From positions 62,001-126,000 of the IMG/VR virus record IMGVR_UViG_3300023179_005186: a stretch of DNA of 64,000 nt; one strand, written 5' to 3'. Made by a program: the position numbers and the translations under genes. The notes below the pieces were generated by a model. It ran no database searches. It was not told the DNA's origin and saw only the letters and a program-made list of their open reading frames with translations. Position 1 is the first letter of the stretch, and the number at the start of each line of letters is the position of its first letter. Of the stretch, positions 61,983 to 64,000 are shown in pieces.

Positions 61983-64000
61983 ATGAGCTCAAATAATTTA
62001 AATAAATTAGAAGAAATAGATATTTTAAAATATAATTTACTAAAGAAAGAATATAAAATATTAAGTTTAATATTAGCTAATTTACAAATAATAATAATAG
62101 AAAATGAAAATATTTTGCTTTATTCAAAAAATCAATCAATGAAATCACTAAATGAATTAATTAAGAAACTAAATGATTTATATAATAAATCATTTTTAGA
62201 TATATATAATAAAGATAATGAAAATTTATTAAATAATGAATCAATGTATTCAGAAATAGGTGATATAAAATCAGAGGAAAATAAAACTAATAAATCAGTA
62301 GAATCAGTAGAATCATTAGATTCTAATAATTTAGATAAATTACAAAAAGATAATGTTATTTTATCATCTGAAATATTACAAACTGTTAATATATTGGATA
62401 CTAAAAATAAATCAAGTCAAGATAATTTAATAAAAAAAAGATTAAATAATAAAGAAGATTTAGAATGTAATTTAAATTTAGAAATTTTAAATGATATTAA
62501 AAATATTTATTATCAAGAAGATAAATTTAATAATTATGGAAAGTATTCATATTTAGTAAATTTGATTAAATATAATCCATTTGAAGAAATTAAAAATCAA
62601 ATAATACTTTTATCAAAAATAGTTGGTTTTACTTCAATAAAAGATATAATATATTTATCTTTAAATAAAAATGACTTTGTATTTGAAAAAAAAGATAAAT
62701 CATTATATGAATTATTATCATCAATATTTATACCATTAGATTTTGATATATTAGATTATACAGAAAAAATAAATATTAATATTTCAAAACTAGAGTCAAC
62801 AAATACTATATTATTTAATAGTCAATGTTTAATAAATTTTACAATCAATAATAAATTGTTAAAAATTAAAGGATTTATAAAAAATGATCCACTTAATATT
62901 TTTTTGAGAACTTCACAAATTTCAAATAATTTTTTATATTTAAAAAAGTGTAATTTTGAAAAAATAATAAATGAAATTGATAAAGAACCATGTGATTTAA
63001 TTATAACAAGAGATACTTATAATAAATTACAAAAGATTAATAAAGAATTTGCTATAGTATATCTCAAAAATATGACAATTTGTGAAATATTAATATTAGA
63101 TTCAACACAATTTGTTTTAAAATTATATGAAGATTATAATAAATTTAATGAATTAACAAAAATACAATTTGTTAAATTAATTAAAAATTTTACAAAAGAC
63201 TCGAATGAAAATTTATCTAATATGTATAATACTATTAGATTATTATTATTAGGTACTGAAGAAAATTGTTCAGTTGCTAGTTTGTTATTTAATTTATTAA
63301 AAGATAAAAAAAGTACAAATTCAAATGAATATATTGCAAATATAATATATAATCAACTAAGTCATATATGTCAATTAAAACTTAAAAAATCAACATTTAA
63401 TATTAAAAATGAACTTGAAAAACTAAAAAGTATAACAACATCAGATATTGATTTAAAAAAACAGGTATTATTATCAAAAAATATGCCTGATCATATAAAA
63501 AAAATATGTTTAGAAAAATTAGAAGAATTAAAAAATGCAAATAATGAAACATATAAAATAAAAATGTATGTAAATATTTTAGTACAATTTCCATGGCCAT
63601 CAGATTTAGATGATAATATTTTTAGGATTGTTGGATCTGATAAAAAGAAATCAAAAGAATTTTTAGAAAATGTTGAAAATAAATTAAATTTACAAATTTT
63701 TGGTCATAAACTTGCTAAAAATAAAACTTTACAAATATTAGCTAAATTAATATCAGTACAAGGATCTCATATATCACCAATAGCATTGTCAGGACCTCCT
63801 GGTGTTGGTAAAACAAAATTTGCTCAGGTATTAGCTGATTGTCTTGATATACCTTTTGTACAAATCACATTAGGTGGTCAAAATGATGGTGAACTTTTAC
63901 ATGGTCATGGATATACATATTCAGGAGCACAACCTGGTTTAATTGTTAAAAAAATGGTTGATGCGGGATCTGCTCGTTGTATTATGTATTTTGATGAATT
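61983..64000 (+). CDS. lon: Lon protease homolog, 3'-truncated by window edge (absent from ORF track)
   Basis: ATG 61983 is in frame with FPWP, QIFGHKLAK, LSGPPGVGKT, ITLGGQNDGELLHGHGYTYSGAQPG and CIMYFDE. The intervening frame was only spot-checked for stops. Confidence 0.92.
   Translation, partial: MSSNNLNKLEEIDILKYNLLKKEYKILSLILANLQIIIIENENILLYSKNQSMKSLNELIKKLNDLYNKSFLDIYNKDNENLLNNESMYSEIGDIKSEENKTNKSVESVESLDSNNLDKLQKDNVILSSEILQTVNILDTKNKSSQDNLIKKRLNNKEDLECNLNLEILNDIKNIYYQEDKFNNYGKYSYLVNLIKYNPFEEIKNQIILLSKIVGFTSIKDIIYLSLNKNDFVFEKKDKSLYELLSSIFIPLDFDILDYTEKININISKLESTNTILFNSQCLINFTINNKLLKIKGFIKNDPLNIFLRTSQISNNFLYLKKCNFEKIINEIDKEPCDLIITRDTYNKLQKINKEFAIVYLKNMTICEILILDSTQFVLKLYEDYNKFNELTKIQFVKLIKNFTKDSNENLSNMYNTIRLLLLGTEENCSVASLLFNLLKDKKSTNSNEYIANIIYNQLSHICQLKLKKSTFNIKNELEKLKSITTSDIDLKKQVLLSKNMPDHIKKICLEKLEELKNANNETYKIKMYVNILVQFPWPSDLDDNIFRIVGSDKKKSKEFLENVENKLNLQIFGHKLAKNKTLQILAKLISVQGSHISPIALSGPPGVGKTKFAQVLADCLDIPFVQITLGGQNDGELLHGHGYTYSGAQPGLIVKKMVDAGSARCIMYFDE

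Noticed and set aside
1812-63600. Short 61-112 aa ORFs nested in or antisense to long genes (e.g. 1812-2000, 5706-5891, 9983-10315, 14635-14922, 17744-18043, 37629-37859, 55418-55756, 63403-63600)
   Set aside because: They overlap well-supported genes, have biased composition and show no motifs.
1-64000. tRNA or rRNA genes
   Set aside because: No cloverleaf or rRNA-like GC-rich segments were seen; a tRNAscan-SE run would be needed to exclude them fully.

Overview
Very AT-rich, gene-dense segment of a giant DNA virus genome (Nucleocytoviricota, Imitervirales/Mimiviridae-like). KYxKYK-leader proteins hint at a Klosneuvirinae-type lineage (inference). Most of the window is conserved core: RFC small subunit, asparagine synthetase, fused RPB3/RPB11, PNKP, TBP, Holliday junction resolvase, VLTF2, patatin, DnaJ, thioredoxins, three adjacent major-capsid paralogs (one 3243 aa), Hsp70, an MC1-like DNA-architectural protein and a Lon protease running off the right edge. 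AAAATTGA early promoters and 3' stem-loops follow known Mimiviridae rules. The standout is a ~2.3 kb island (2879-5126). It holds a two-zinc-finger gene whose inter-finger linker is encoded by a helically phased array of GYGGAG hexamers, the sequence the zinc-finger recognition code predicts for its own two fingers. Upstream of that gene lie six 19-bp palindromes, a 93-bp A/T tract and three perfect 73-bp repeats. Other notable items are an OTU-like protease fused to two PDZ domains, one capsid loop that grows from ~19 to ~168 to ~2800 aa across three paralogs, a degenerate serpin, a pseudo-phosphatase, and two tandem amplifications of gene 3' ends. No rRNA, tRNA or CRISPR array was recognised. 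Mimivirus locus-tag comparisons are from memory and unverified.
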